From the NCBI GenBank assembly GCA_036172245.1, contig JAYWIR010000032.1, positions 806,001 to 870,000 on the forward strand: DNA of 64,000 bases, given 5' to 3'. A program made the position numbers and the translations under genes. A model generated the notes under the pieces. The model worked only from the letters and a program-made list of their open reading frames with translations. It was not told where the DNA came from and made no database searches. Shown piece after piece: positions 49,201 to 59,499 of the stretch. Origin of the DNA: Raillietiella orientalis. Its lineage: Eukaryota. Position 1 is the first letter of the stretch, and each line of letters starts with the position of its first letter.

Positions 49201-52200
49201 GGAATGCCTAACCTCTCCGTGGCTATGCAGGTTGATTTCCTCAGACTCACCTGACGATGTTGAGCAGGAATTCGTTAAGTTTCTTCTGGCAGGACATTTT
49301 TTGGTACATTTCGGAATAGTGCACGGCGATGCCACCCCACACAAAATAGCTGCTGACGATTTCCTCATCTTCGCCAGAGAACGGCTCCTTGCCCTCATGC
49401 CGGTACAGTTCGAGAACGGCGATAACGTTGCCGTGAGGCAACGCTACTGGCCAACTTAAGAAGTAGTAACTTTGGTCGTTGTAAAGGGTTCCTTCTGGAA
49501 AGGCCTCGTTAGTTTCGTGCTTCATGAAGCTGTGGCACATGCGCGTATCTGCAGCATACGCTGCTGCAATGGATCCGGGCCCGATTTTCCAGCGAAAATT
49601 GCTTTCCGTACAGCAAGATTCCTCACTGAAACACAAACAAGGTCTTGTACCAAATGAAAAGCGCAGTTCACAAAGGGCACAATTTTGTACGGGTTCGATT
49701 TGCGAATTTCCGCGCAGAAAGAACCCTTTGAACTCTCGAGATGTTCCCGAAAATCGAAAGACGTCGAGTTTGGGTTGGAAACGGTCTATTGTGAGAGCAA
49801 GTCCTCAAGGTCATGCAACGATTTCATTTCATAACACGAGACACTCTCCAGTAAACTCTTCCTTTCATTGAGTTCAATTTCCGATTTGTGTGTGTGTGTG
49901 TGTGTCTTCTCAAACACGTCCGGAACTCCTCCCAAAGCCATTTTGTTCCATTCCTCCACCATCTTGCCTCTCGAACACCAAACGGTAAACTTTCCGAATG
50001 TCACTCATCACTCGCGGCAAAGATAAGATAAAAATTCATCCTCGCTCCTGCGGCGTTGTTTGCGAGAGCTTCGGTTCATCCGCACAATTACGAGGTTTTT
50101 GCGAAAGAAAGCCTCCAGTTAATGCAAATGTCACACGGAGCACACTGATAAAACGTTCCGTCATTGAAACATGGAGAAATCTCGCTCCGTTTAATTACTT
50201 GTGCGATTCGTTACGGATTTCACACCGAAAGACCTAGAAGGAAAAAAAAAAAAAACACACCGCCATTCTGTACGCTGAAGTTATGTCGTGCTCTCCATCA
50301 CTGCCTTGCAGATGTATAAATTTTACCGAGCTCCTGACAAAGATGTAAGCATACATTGTTCTATTCCGAGCACTTGGCCCGGGGTTGAAGAGAAAAAGCT
50401 TGAGCACAATCAGCGTTTCCATCTAGCAGAGGAAGACGCGCTGCGGTTATCACTGACGTCATCCTATGCTTTCACTTTTACTTGATCTGACACATTTGCG
50501 TTCAGTTTCGCAGGAACGCTTCCGGTCGCTGTGCTGCCCACCATGCTGACCACGGAAGCATGCCTCTTTCATCCGATCCCACTGCCCTCTGCTACACTTG
50601 CTTAGACGGGCTTCGGTCTACCAACGGACGCTTTTCATGACTTCCGTGTTCCTGTTTCATTGTCTTTATGGACACGAGCGGACATTCAAAGCAAGCGCAA
50701 CCGTTCATGTTCTCTGACCACATAAAGGAAATGACAAAGGCACACCTTAGCATGAGCTTAGCACGAGACCCATTTCCCATTTGGTGAACGCGCATTTGTA
50801 CGTGAATGCGTGTGTGCGAGGGCTCGTGCAAAGTTCCTGTTCACCCCTTGGTGATACTGAACCCTCTGTTTGATCACCAGCTCACCGACTGCACCGCAGA
50901 AGACCCTTCTGGAATAGGAAATGTGTCCGCAGTTTCCGGAGCTTTTCACCCACCTCTTTGCGTTTGTGGTAACCCACCCTCTTGTGAGTTCTAGCCCTCT
51001 CCTCAGGTAGGATTGCGAAATACAAAATCAAGCCATCGGCTACCTAGAAACTGGTTGTTAGCACGCGATGCTTCTGTCGCCGTCTCATCTAGTTTCGAGT
51101 TCCCACGAATACGGAGATCTAATATTCATGGACCAGACTTTCACCTCCACGTTAAGATACTCTGCAATGCTGAGCTCAGTCCTATCCTCAATTCAGACTT
51201 GGCTAAAAATGTCAGCACCAATCAGGTGTGGAACTGAACCGAAGTCGATGCTAACAATACGATTTAATTGTCCTCAACAATCTGAACTATTTATAGCTCC
51301 ATGCGACCTTGGTAACCACGCAACCACACACATGTTCCGTGATTGTTTCGTGAGCCAGCACGCATCTTCTCGCTCGAAGATTTGTTTCCTTTTTCTGTCC
51401 AAGAAAGAAAAAAAAAAGTAACAGTTCTTTATAGCACTGCATTCTGATCTCCCGGGAAGGATGAAGATAACTTGAAGATTGGAAACAATACTGAACAAAG
51501 CAGTCTCCTGCTTTGATCAGTTGGCCCTCGTTTTTGTCCTCAGAGTCGTGCACAATCTCTTCAGAGCTACCGTGAGACCAGTCTTTGGAGTACGCATGAA
51601 GAATGCTGCTGAAGAATAATCAATGGCACTGTTGTTCGTTGAGAGGCTTCACAGTTCGAATTTACTTCTTATTGCGCTTCATCAGCCTCGAAATGTTCGA
51701 TCACCTTGTGCAAAGCATCTTTTGAGAGACGCTTTGCAAACGCGTTAAGTCTTGGTGAAAGCAGCCAACCTTCCACTCCAATTTCGCAATCTCGTTCCTA
51801 CATGGGAATTCCATTCATAAAGCCTTCATTTACCCTCGCTTTATTCCTGATTGGAAGCCAAAAATATCCTTGCAGGCAATCGGGTTGTTTTGAATAACAT
51901 ACTCATTATCCCGTTTACCTCGCAACTTTTACGTTTGCAACTCATGGAAATGGAGTCAGCCTTCGCATTCGTAAGCGAAACTTGAAATCAGAGACGCCAG
52001 CAGAAAACGTTCGTTTGAGTTCAGGCAAAGCGGGTTCTCCTGGGGGATGGAAGCACGTGAGGAAGAGCCACGACTGCATCAACGTGATGGACTTTCAGCA
52101 ACGCTAACCCAACCACCCTACGCCGAGAGCTTTGACCTCGTGGAACCGAAGCGAAATTCTCCAAACGGACAGTTTTGGTTTCAACCATCTTCTACTTTGG

Positions 52201-55200
52201 TTAGGTTACTCCGATCCTTGGGTGGGCAGCAGTGCGATTCCATCCGTTTTCCAGCAAGGGTGTTCCGTGGAATGGGCACTTCTGCAGTTTCGCATGAGGA
52301 ATCGCACTTCGTTCCTGTTTTTTCCATCCTCCCGAATCTTCCTGCAAATGGAAGTGCCATGCTCCTCCGATCAGCTTCCACGCCATGGCGTGACCCTTTC
52401 ATTCTTTCTGAGATCGTCTCTGCGTTGGGTTCAGCGGCATCAGACGCTATTGGAATCCATCCCTCGTGACCTTTTGTAGTATATATCTGCATGGAAAACG
52501 CGACGAAATTCGAAAATGCAACCGCGATTCAGAGACAGCGCACCTCCTTTGGGAGAGGGGGGTAGGAGGGAGGGAGGGAATGTCAAAAGAAAGAACATTT
52601 TTGCTAAAATTGAAGTTCCTGTGTTCTGATAGGCCAAAGAGAATTCACAGTAGAGCCTCCTTTGCGATAGCACTTGACAATTAGGAGGACTGTTTACCTT
52701 TAGCTAATCATAATAGCTGCTTTAGTCCTCACGCCTACCTTGCAGGGTTGGTGTTCGAAAGGCCTAACGAAAATAAAACACCTTGAGGCAGGTTTCGTCT
52801 TTTCGACCTTTCGTTTGCGCCATCCCCACTTTCCGATCGCAAACGTAATGGGATGATTAATTGCATCACTGAAATAAAGGCACATTCGTTTTCGAGATGA
52901 GTGGAGAGTTTTTTGACAGATTTCTGTTGGCAAAAGAGAACCGCTTTCTGCCTCGCTCAGTAGCTGCTCGTCTTGGACGGAGGAAACGTGCTTCTTGATG
53001 CATGCGGTGTCTATCTGTTTGCAATGCCTGACTGATCTGCCACTGTCCAACCTATTGAGCTGCTGTTGCTGGCGCACGCCCAAGAACTTCTAGTAAGCCA
53101 AGTTGATTGTCCCAGACGCTATAAGGGCGTTTTCGGAGAATCGGCGGAAGGAACAGTCCAAGAATTTTAGCAGTGCAAGCTGCGGCCAACACCTTTCGGG
53201 ACAGCTCGCAACGCATCCATCAGAGAGGCAAATCTCGCAAAACGGACGAATGACCAAGGGCACCTCCTTTTCAGCTCAGCTCCAGCCGATGGTAAGACTC
53301 TCTTTCCACCGACTCTTAATCTACCTCCAAGTGACCCCAAGACTCTTCAAGAACCCGCCTTCATATTCCTTCCTTATTTGGGGTCGATTCCTGCTGGTTT
53401 CCGTCGCAAACTCTTGTGATCCCAGAACCGAGCTCCCGTTCTCCCTTTCGTCCGATCGCTCCCTGGAAATTCGAGACATCCTTACGGAACGGGCGGCAGC
53501 AGTCTGCACCTGTTGTGAGCCCTGAGAATATCACGTGCCCTCCACGATCCCGGGGAAACAGCGTTCGCTGCGCCGATAAACGATGCAAGAAGCGGCGCAC
53601 GTCAGGCTCAGCCGCAGTTGCCGCCAGCTGCGAAGAAATTCCACTTCCGTTTGCTACCACTTTCCTTCGAAAATCGAGTAATTGCGAATTCCCAATTAAC
53701 GAGAGCATCGCGACTCTGCCGCCAAATGACCTGGCCCATCATTAGCAATAATCCAGAAGAACGCAATTAAGACGCTCAGGGCAAAGCCAATTGAGCTTAT
53801 GGTTCTCAGCGAATGGTTTCTAGGAGCCCATCTGTAGCTTCCAGCTCCGTGCAGCGGTTTCCGGTTATGCTCAACAGCTCTTCCCTCTTAGAAGTAACGC
53901 CCCATTTCGCCGGCGCATCTTCTGCCCGCGAAACGGAATGACGGAATCGTCTTCGGACTCCAAATCGCATCAAGGAAATGAGCGGACAGGGACGATGACC
54001 GCCGCAGGAAATATTAGCAGGGTTTCAGAAACAAACGACATTGCCATCTGCTCTTTCTGGTCTCAGAGATTGTTGAGGCATAGCATCCCTTGTGAGAATT
54101 CTATTTCTCTTCCAGATTCTGGAAGTCTGCAAACCAGTGTGAGGGCCCGGCGTCCATGCTGCTCCAGTTCCGAGAGAAGCTGAGTCTTCAAGTGAACGAA
54201 GCAGCAAGTCGTAACCAATGAAGCATTCCTATAGCGCAACACTGAAGATCAAACGCTCTCCCTTAAACCGAAAAGGTAGGCGATGGGAAGAACCATGGAC
54301 CACGAGTGTTTCGCTTTAATTCATCAAAAACCCATCTTTTCGGGTAATAAAGGTGCTCTCCAAGAATTGGCGTATTTCTGCTCACTTCAAAGAGCTGAAG
54401 ATTTTGTGAATATTCGGATGCTGCTTCACGAGAAGCCGTAGTCCGCGGGTCCAATTTCTTTCACCCATTTCATCCCTCTATTACAATCCCGCTCTGATTT
54501 AAATGGGCGTTTTCTTTAACCCTTTCAACTCCGGCACCCCACGTTCCCTCACTTGGTTTGAGCACTCGCCTCTTTCACAGTTCATTTTTAGTACACAGCC
54601 CTGTAACCTGTACGGAATTTCCCAAGCTCCATGAGATTTCAAGCCAAGCACTCTTTGGTACAGATTACTGTTCAGCATTATCATGAACGGATCGGCAAGA
54701 AGGAAATGCTCTCTCCATCAGTTTTGGACAACGCTGTACGATACACAAAACTGATTATCCTGCTCCAAACAAGGGTAGCAACCGAAGGGGGGGGGGGGGG
54801 AATCGATTAGCGGTAGATTCGTGAAGAGGTGCACACGGAGGTGCCCGTATTCAGAAGAACCACTGAAGGAAGCAGTTTATAGAGGGAGATAATCCCCAAA
54901 TCTATAATGCTACGGATGCCTATAGCATTATGGATTCGGCGACGTTATCTGAGGGCTCTTTCAACGGCTTGCTTGCCTGTTCGGACTGGCGTTGTACAGA
55001 ACAATTTCGTTTGTGCTGCTGTCGACCAGATACAGGTTGAACCCATCCGCATTCACTGATGTGGCCACACACGAAGACAGCTCCCAGAGAACGACGATTT
55101 TGTTCGTCTTCTCCGGCAGGCTCTGCATCAACTCCTCCAGCATCTTCCTCTTGTCAGCCTACGCACAAAACTATGCAGAAAGTGAAATTCAAACACAACG

Positions 55201-57320
55201 GAAACACTGCTGCACTTTAACTACAGCTGAGGAGGAAGAAAGAAAAAAAAATACATATATATATCACTCTACTATGCACCATGTGCTTCTCTGATAAACC
55301 AAATCAACAAATCATGCTGGGTGTGCATTGCAAACATCTTCAGCGTCGTGCCGACTAGAAGCGTGATTTTGGAAGAAGAAGAAAAAGAAGAAAAAAAAAA
55401 AAAAACTTTGCTCACCACCACACGTGTGCAAAATGTACTGACCTTCCATTTAAAAAGAGACGTCCTCTTGCTAACAGCTAAAATGAGAATTCGTTTGTTT
55501 GTTTGTTTTTTTTGGGGAATGTATTTTTTTTTTCTCTCCCTCGGAACGGGAAACAGGAAAAAGGGCCGCAGGTTCCCGAAACTCTTGCACCCTCTCATGC
55601 ACCTACATTGCCCCCGCCGTGCCAGGCAAAAGTGAGCACCGGGCTGCGCTCTTCGAACCTGCCAGCAGCAGCAGCAGCCTCCGAGCTTCTACATGCCGCG
55701 AAGCAGAGCAAGTGGGAGTTGCTCCAGCACGCAGCTTTCGAAGATGCTCGGCAACCTTCGAGTTCTGGGCGTGGGGGATTCATGCATTTTATTTCCCTGC
55801 CAGCCTGATTAAAAAGGTCCCGTCACTTAATTGCATTTAATTCGCGCGCGTCGCACTATGTGAATATTGAAGTTCCGCCAGGAGCGGCGACGATACACAT
55901 GAAAATTATCGATGCACGTGAAAAAAATGAAATAAAATAAGATAAAATCGAACTGCGTGTCAAACCGAACGATCAGTTTTTCCTGATGGAAAAATTCGCT
56001 ACTCATCACTTCATTAAATAGATCTTCCTACGACGTCTCGCTTAAAGTATTTATAATCACATCTTCAAGAGGAAATCGGAGATGCTTTGGCGAGCACCGA
56101 AGACGCTTGCAATGTCAATAAGTGTATGGCATTCTATATTTACATACATCTTCTGACTTGCAAAAAAAAAAAAAAGGAAAATCCGAGAAGAGGAAAAATC
56201 ATTTTCAAGAATTTTCAAAAAATCTCGATCACGTTACTTCATCTCGATTGCATGCATGATCCGTGGGGATGAGAGATTGGGGCGTGTTCCATCCCCGTGT
56301 GATAAAAGGAACGATCAAATCATGCGAATCGAAATCCGATGGCACAACTTTGGCGTGTGGACCGCGAACATCTGATTCGGGGAACTGGACCGTCCGCCGG
56401 CACTGCGTCTGGACGTTTCGCAAGACGCACAAGCCGGTGCCATGGAAACGGCCACCTTCCAGCGAAACTTTCCTTGCGATGGCCGAGATGGTGTTCCGAT
56501 CAGCATGTTCGAGCACGGATGCAAACAAGAGGCAAGGGAAGAATGCTCTTCCCACCGTCTTCGCCTGGGCGCGATTCCTCTCAGCTGATGGAGAAGAACG
56601 CCGCGTAAAGGAGACTCCAGACGTTCCCGCATTTACATCAGGTTCCCGATACCCAGCTGCGAATTACAGCTAGAAAAAAAAAGGCGAAAGTGCTGTCCTT
56701 TCCAATTTGTGAATCCCCTACAGACGGATTCCAAAATTTAAAGGATGAGCTCATCTCTACTACTCATCGATTCGTGCAGAGTAGACGGACTTCGCCTTGA
56801 CGCAGGGTCCTTGAAGAGAACCCTTTATGCTGTGGCCAAAGAAGAATTCTCCAGTAGGCGTTCAGTGCGGGAATGGCGAACGGATGGCGCCGGTAGGAAG
56901 CGACGCAAAACATCCGAAATGAATTCATCCTTACAGATGGGAGAGAAATGTACTTTGCGGCAACGCTGATGACATCGAAGGAAATGGTTAGCTGGACGTT
57001 CCTCGAAGCCGCGCTGGCCTCGAGGAACGTTCACTTCAGGAGGCGGCAAAGGGAACATTGGCTCTAAGCTCGAACTGAGGAAATTCCGGGAGGGAAGACG
57101 CACGAAAACATCCGCCGGTTTTTGAAGGAGTTTCAACGAACACATTTTCGAAACAGAGGAAAGGTCTCCGCGAAGCACTTACCCGAGAAGTCATCTTGGT
57201 ATCTCTTTCTCTTCATCAGCAAAATTATCCACCTTTCCAGGAGTGCAATGTCCAGGTTATTCGTCACGTATGTCTCCAAGAAGGTGGGATCCTTTTCAAG
57301 GAACATGATCACGTCTTCGG
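37111..57320 (-). CDS. PDE10A-like: Whole gene span: GAF-GAF class I cyclic nucleotide phosphodiesterase, PDE10A / pde-5-like (13 exons; 5' end uncertain)
   Basis: Exons 57320-57183, 55477-55443, 55158-54977, 49625-49251, 47502-47284, 42093-41880, 41824-41616, 40864-40627, 40540-40382, 40333-40164, 40112-40001, 39585-39505, 37266-37111 join with matching phases (2288 nt). GAF motifs [26 protein letters not shown]...DE. Catalytic motifs YHNWTHG, HDLDH, EHHH, ATDL, ACDL, EFYEQGD, PMMDR. Confidence 0.93.
37330..37800 (+). mobile_element. Possible DIRS remnant (post-RNase H region) in the last PDE intron
   Basis: [15 protein letters not shown] and AAYWSSR resemble wG.P.vDlF, YAFPPf and aP.Wp. 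Confidence 0.35.
37900..38510 (+). repeat. Dispersed repeat family R, copy A (most complete; tRNA-like head)
   Basis: Hairpin cgctcg-tggtac-cgagcg, B-box GGTTCGAATCC at 37952-37962, second B-box-like motif at 38003-38016, then the shared body and tail. Confidence 0.88.
38600..39350 (-). mobile_element. DIRS-like tyrosine recombinase remnant in the last PDE intron
   Basis: [22 protein letters not shown]...SSLRV (~aWrls...GfS..v...R.Ss..vY), [14 protein letters not shown] (~rP...P.WdL.vL). Confidence 0.55.
39505..39585 (-). CDS. PDE10A-like: PDE exon ([27 protein letters not shown]), ending in the invariant Gln
   Basis: ttcaaag| acceptor, |gtgaat donor, phase 0 to 0; PMMDR motif. Confidence 0.93.
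40001..40112 (-). CDS. PDE10A-like: PDE exon, catalytic domain ([13 protein letters not shown]...IFQEFYEQ)
   Basis: tcacag| acceptor, |gtgaga donor. Confidence 0.95.
40164..40333 (-). CDS. PDE10A-like: PDE exon, catalytic domain (HNIFSNL...[10 protein letters not shown])
   Basis: tatccag| acceptor, CG|gtacgt donor. Confidence 0.95.
40382..40540 (-). CDS. PDE10A-like: PDE exon, catalytic domain ([14 protein letters not shown]...[20 protein letters not shown])
   Basis: Class I PDE signature HDxDHxGxxN; ends CAG|gcaagg (GC donor). Confidence 0.95.
40627..40864 (-). CDS. PDE10A-like: PDE exon, catalytic domain ([22 protein letters not shown])
   Basis: YHN..H metal-binding motif; attccag| acceptor and |gtaaag donor. 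Confidence 0.96.
41616..41824 (-). CDS. PDE10A-like: PDE exon, end of GAF-B and linker ([43 protein letters not shown])
   Basis: Follows a 55-nt GT-AG intron; AA|gtaggt donor. Confidence 0.95.
41880..42093 (-). CDS. PDE10A-like: PDE exon, GAF-B C-terminal half ([30 protein letters not shown]...[13 protein letters not shown])
   Basis: tttcaag| acceptor, |gtagga donor; carries the NK..F part of the NKFDE motif. Confidence 0.96.
42690..43180 (+). mobile_element. Non-LTR (LINE) RT remnant in a PDE intron
   Basis: [22 protein letters not shown]...[26 protein letters not shown] resemble PG.Dg, KvfE, Q.GFR..RS, vF.D..KAF, v.sGVPQG..l.P.LF. Confidence 0.4.
44680..46000 (-). mobile_element. Decayed DIRS-like element (DLF / FPP region plus tyrosine recombinase) in a PDE intron
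   Basis: [57 protein letters not shown] in DIRS order. Confidence 0.65.
46740..47060. promoter_or_regulatory. CpG-rich promoter/enhancer-like segment inside a PDE intron
   Basis: (GA)n at ~46790-46808, CACGTG at 46903 and 46920, CGCATGCG at 47045, dense CG dinucleotides. Confidence 0.3.
47284..47502 (-). CDS. PDE10A-like: PDE exon, GAF-B N-terminal half ([10 protein letters not shown]...[25 protein letters not shown]...EIR)
   Basis: ttccag| acceptor, CG|gttcgt donor; canonical GAF motif. Confidence 0.95.
47900..48660 (-). mobile_element. Gypsy-like integrase remnant in a PDE intron
   Basis: [10 protein letters not shown] (zinc-finger CxxC), [29 protein letters not shown]. Confidence 0.4.
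49251..49625 (-). CDS. PDE10A-like: PDE exon, GAF-A (...FPEG...[16 protein letters not shown]...[11 protein letters not shown])
   Basis: gtttcag| acceptor, |gtgagt donor, phase 2 to 2; the LELYR..G.E.F and LN.FLL motifs are PDE10-like. Confidence 0.93.
52130..52330 (+). mobile_element. Possible Gypsy RNase H remnant
   Basis: EILQTDS...VEWALLQFR resembles ilqTDAS...i.wAl..fr. Confidence 0.3.
52950..53700 (-). mobile_element. Possible DIRS tyrosine recombinase remnant
   Basis: [21 protein letters not shown] (~CPv.AL..YL), TINLAY. Confidence 0.35.
54977..55158 (-). CDS. PDE10A-like: PDE exon, start of GAF-A ([12 protein letters not shown]...[11 protein letters not shown]...)
   Basis: gcgtag| acceptor; ends AACAG|gcaagc (GC donor, phase 2, matching the next exon). 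Confidence 0.88.
55443..55477 (-). CDS. PDE10A-like: PDE 35-nt exon ([12 protein letters not shown])
   Basis: cattttag| acceptor, AAG|gtcagt donor, phase 1 to 0; bridges the flanking exons in frame. Confidence 0.75.
57183..57320 (-). CDS. PDE10A-like: PDE exon, N-terminal region ([32 protein letters not shown]...)
   Basis: tttccag| acceptor and |gtaagt donor, phase 1 to 1. Resembles the PDE10 N-terminal segment as I recall it (VKAYLSLHPQVLDEFV...VEKWL). Confidence 0.8.
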
Positions 57321-57416
57321 CTGGAAAGATGCTCGCTGAGTTGAGAAAAATAGGAACCATTTCGCGGATGGGTTGTTCCATCAGTTTGTCGCACGTCGCA
57401 AAAGTCTCGGAATCAC

Positions 57417-57990
57417 GCAGCCACGTTCCAAGGATGAAGACCTCCCGTGCATTTGACCCCCCCCCCCATCGGATTGTGTCGTCTTTTTGGCTCGGGAGCC
57501 ACGATTTCTGCAGGTTGGCGATCCACACGCTGCTGATGACGGGATCGGCAACTGGCATTTTGTCCGAGATTACACGTCCACGTCGTCGTTCGAGCCGGCG
57601 GTCTGGAAGAGCCTATCGAAGCAGACTGCTGATCTGTACGCGAGGAAAAGCAATTGCAGACGAGATCCAAGGATTGTGTGCTTCGCCCACGCAAGCCTGA
57701 TGCAGGCTTCCCGGAAACGCTCTGGAGAAACGCGTATCGACGAAGGCCATCGGGACGGCAGACGGACGATGATGGATTCCCTACGTGCCTGTGACCGCGG
57801 ACCCGATCGTGAAGAGCGCGGCCTCGTCCTCCCGGGAGGGGATTCTGAAAGGCGTCCCAATGACCTGGCCCCTCCTGCGAGACGCCCTCGAGTCACAGGC
57901 ACGGATTGGATTTATTGAGATTGAGGATTCGAAACTCGCGGGAGCTTCCGCGAGTTTCGAATCCTCAATGGATGTGTGCGCGTCGAGCAT
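57417..57990 (-). CDS. Putative 5' coding exons of the PDE gene (57990-57789 and 57633-~57417); model uncertain
   Basis: ATG at 57990, possible AG|gcacgt donor at 57788, acceptor tttcctcgcgtacag| at 57634, donor C|gtgatt at 57416. Frames join only if the G11 run near 57457-57467 is one base shorter. Alternative start is the ATG at 57558. No homology support. Confidence 0.3.
57920..57969. repeat. 50-bp near-perfect palindrome (22-bp perfect arms)
   Basis: attgaggattcgaaactcgcgg-gagctt-ccgcgagtttcgaatcctcaat. Confidence 0.97.
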
Positions 57991-58251
57991 TCTTCAGCAG
58001 AAGATCACCCGAGAACGCCGTTGCCGATCCCTCCCGCGTCCGGAGACGCGGTAAACGAAGACGCACGAGGATGGATGCCCCTCTCTGAGGGCAGGGTCGT
58101 GTTCATTCTCCTAAGCATCTCCAATGGTCGAAAGCTCACTTTCATCGCTTTCTGAAACATAAAGACGGATCGCGCGGGAAATGGGAACAGAAATGCTGCG
58201 AACGCCGGATGCCAAGAAAGAGATTCCCTGCGTGAAAAGTCTTGCACTGGA

Positions 58252-58370
58252 AGCCGCGTGGCTGCGCTCTCCTCACGTAGCGCCGAGAGTTGAAGGTTCG
58301 AATCCCCACGTGGAGGATTGACGTCGAAAAATGAGTGCGGCGTGGTTTTCGACTTCCCCCATCAAAGTGC
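58252..58370 (+). repeat. Dispersed repeat family R, copy E (tRNA-like head only)
   Basis: GGTTCGAATCC at 58295-58305, then ggattgacgtcgaaaaatgagtgcggcgtggttttcgac matching 37973-38012. Confidence 0.85.
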
Positions 58371-58520
58371 TCCTCAGGACCCTGGGCGGACGGTTCCTCA
58401 GTACATAGGAACCTCAGAAAAAGCTGGAAGTAGAACAGCGAAAGCAGGAAAGAAACTCAAAAGAACTTCCATCATACTGGGCCGATGGCAACGGTTCCCC
58501 GCGAGGTTGCTAACTAGTCT

Positions 58521-59397
58521 TAAAAATAAAAGGCCCACAGGATACTTCGATTCGCAAGCGGGTGGATCGTCGAAAATGACCTTTACTACTCCTGAGATTC
58601 TAGGACTACCGAATCGTCCACGCAGCCACGCAAAACGTCTTACCCGTCAGGACTGTGCCCAGGATGAAACCTGAAGAACACTCACGTCGCGGCTGCCGGA
58701 CGGAAGACGTATTGCACAGAAGGAGCAGACTCTTGCAGCTGTCCATAGCACGGCGCGATCCGAGAGATGACCATCAAGGCCGCAGTGAATGAAGCATAAT
58801 GGACCCCAGTGTTCACGAGCCAGAGAGCTCCAGGAACGAACTCCCTCTTAAGACCGGACTCTGTGATGAAAAAACGAAACCGGTTCATAGTGCTGGACGT
58901 ACGAGGGTGGAGGAGAGGCGTTCAGCAGCGAGGAGGATAAACCAGGGAAAGCACAAGGAAGCTACCATGCAGCTAGGCAGGGAGGGGAACAGTGCAGGGT
59001 GCATGCTCTCATCGTTGGCTCTCTGGGAGCCCGGGATCCAGGTAACTAGGAATTGCTTCAGGATATTGGAATTCCGAAGAAGTACTTGGTGATGATGAGG
59101 CATAGGATGACGGCTTCGTGCATCCGGAACTCTAGCGACATCTACGCAGCCCGCAAGAAGGACCGACAAGCAGATGCAGCAGGAGAACTTCGGAGGTCAG
59201 CTCTCGCGAGACGAAGAACAGGAAGCCGAGGAAGCGAAACGCTGAAGGGCGACGAGAGCCCCAGATGAACAGAGAAGAAATCTCGGAAGAACGCCAAGAG
59301 CTCCTCCTGTAACATGTCATCTAATTGTAAATCAAAGCAATAAAAAACAAAAGGCCTACAGGATACTTCGATTCGCAAGCGAATGGGTTATCGAAAA
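58521..59397 (+). repeat. ~56-bp direct repeats (58521-58576 and 59341-59397)
   Basis: 24-nt exact core acaggatacttcgattcgcaagcg with similar flanks. Confidence 0.9.
58680..59330 (-). mobile_element. DIRS-like tyrosine recombinase remnant
   Basis: LLAFFRDFF..LGLS...PVLRLARADLRSS...RSF, FILLAAERLSS (~FLLALAsakR.SeL), REFVPG. Confidence 0.55.
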
Positions 59398-59499
59398 CCT
59401 CCTCCGGGACGCGGATGAGCCGCTGCAGACGACTTTGATTTAGGTGGCCAACCTATAATTAGCTCAGATCCATCTATTCCTCATCATCTGGAGAGAGCG

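Noticed and set aside
50312..50344. Plus-strand mini-exon (cttgcag|ATGTAT…GAT|gtaagc) suggesting a nested gene
   Set aside because: No partner exons or protein similarity; such signals arise by chance.
55600..55805. Possible alternative first or cassette PDE exon
   Set aside because: Two different frames each have a plausible phase-1 donor and there is no homology evidence to choose; needs RNA data.
56764..56965. Possible PDE cassette exons ([11 protein letters not shown] / [11 protein letters not shown]…)
   Set aside because: Splice-like signals exist, but the exit phase does not match the next exon and the flanking exons already join in frame.
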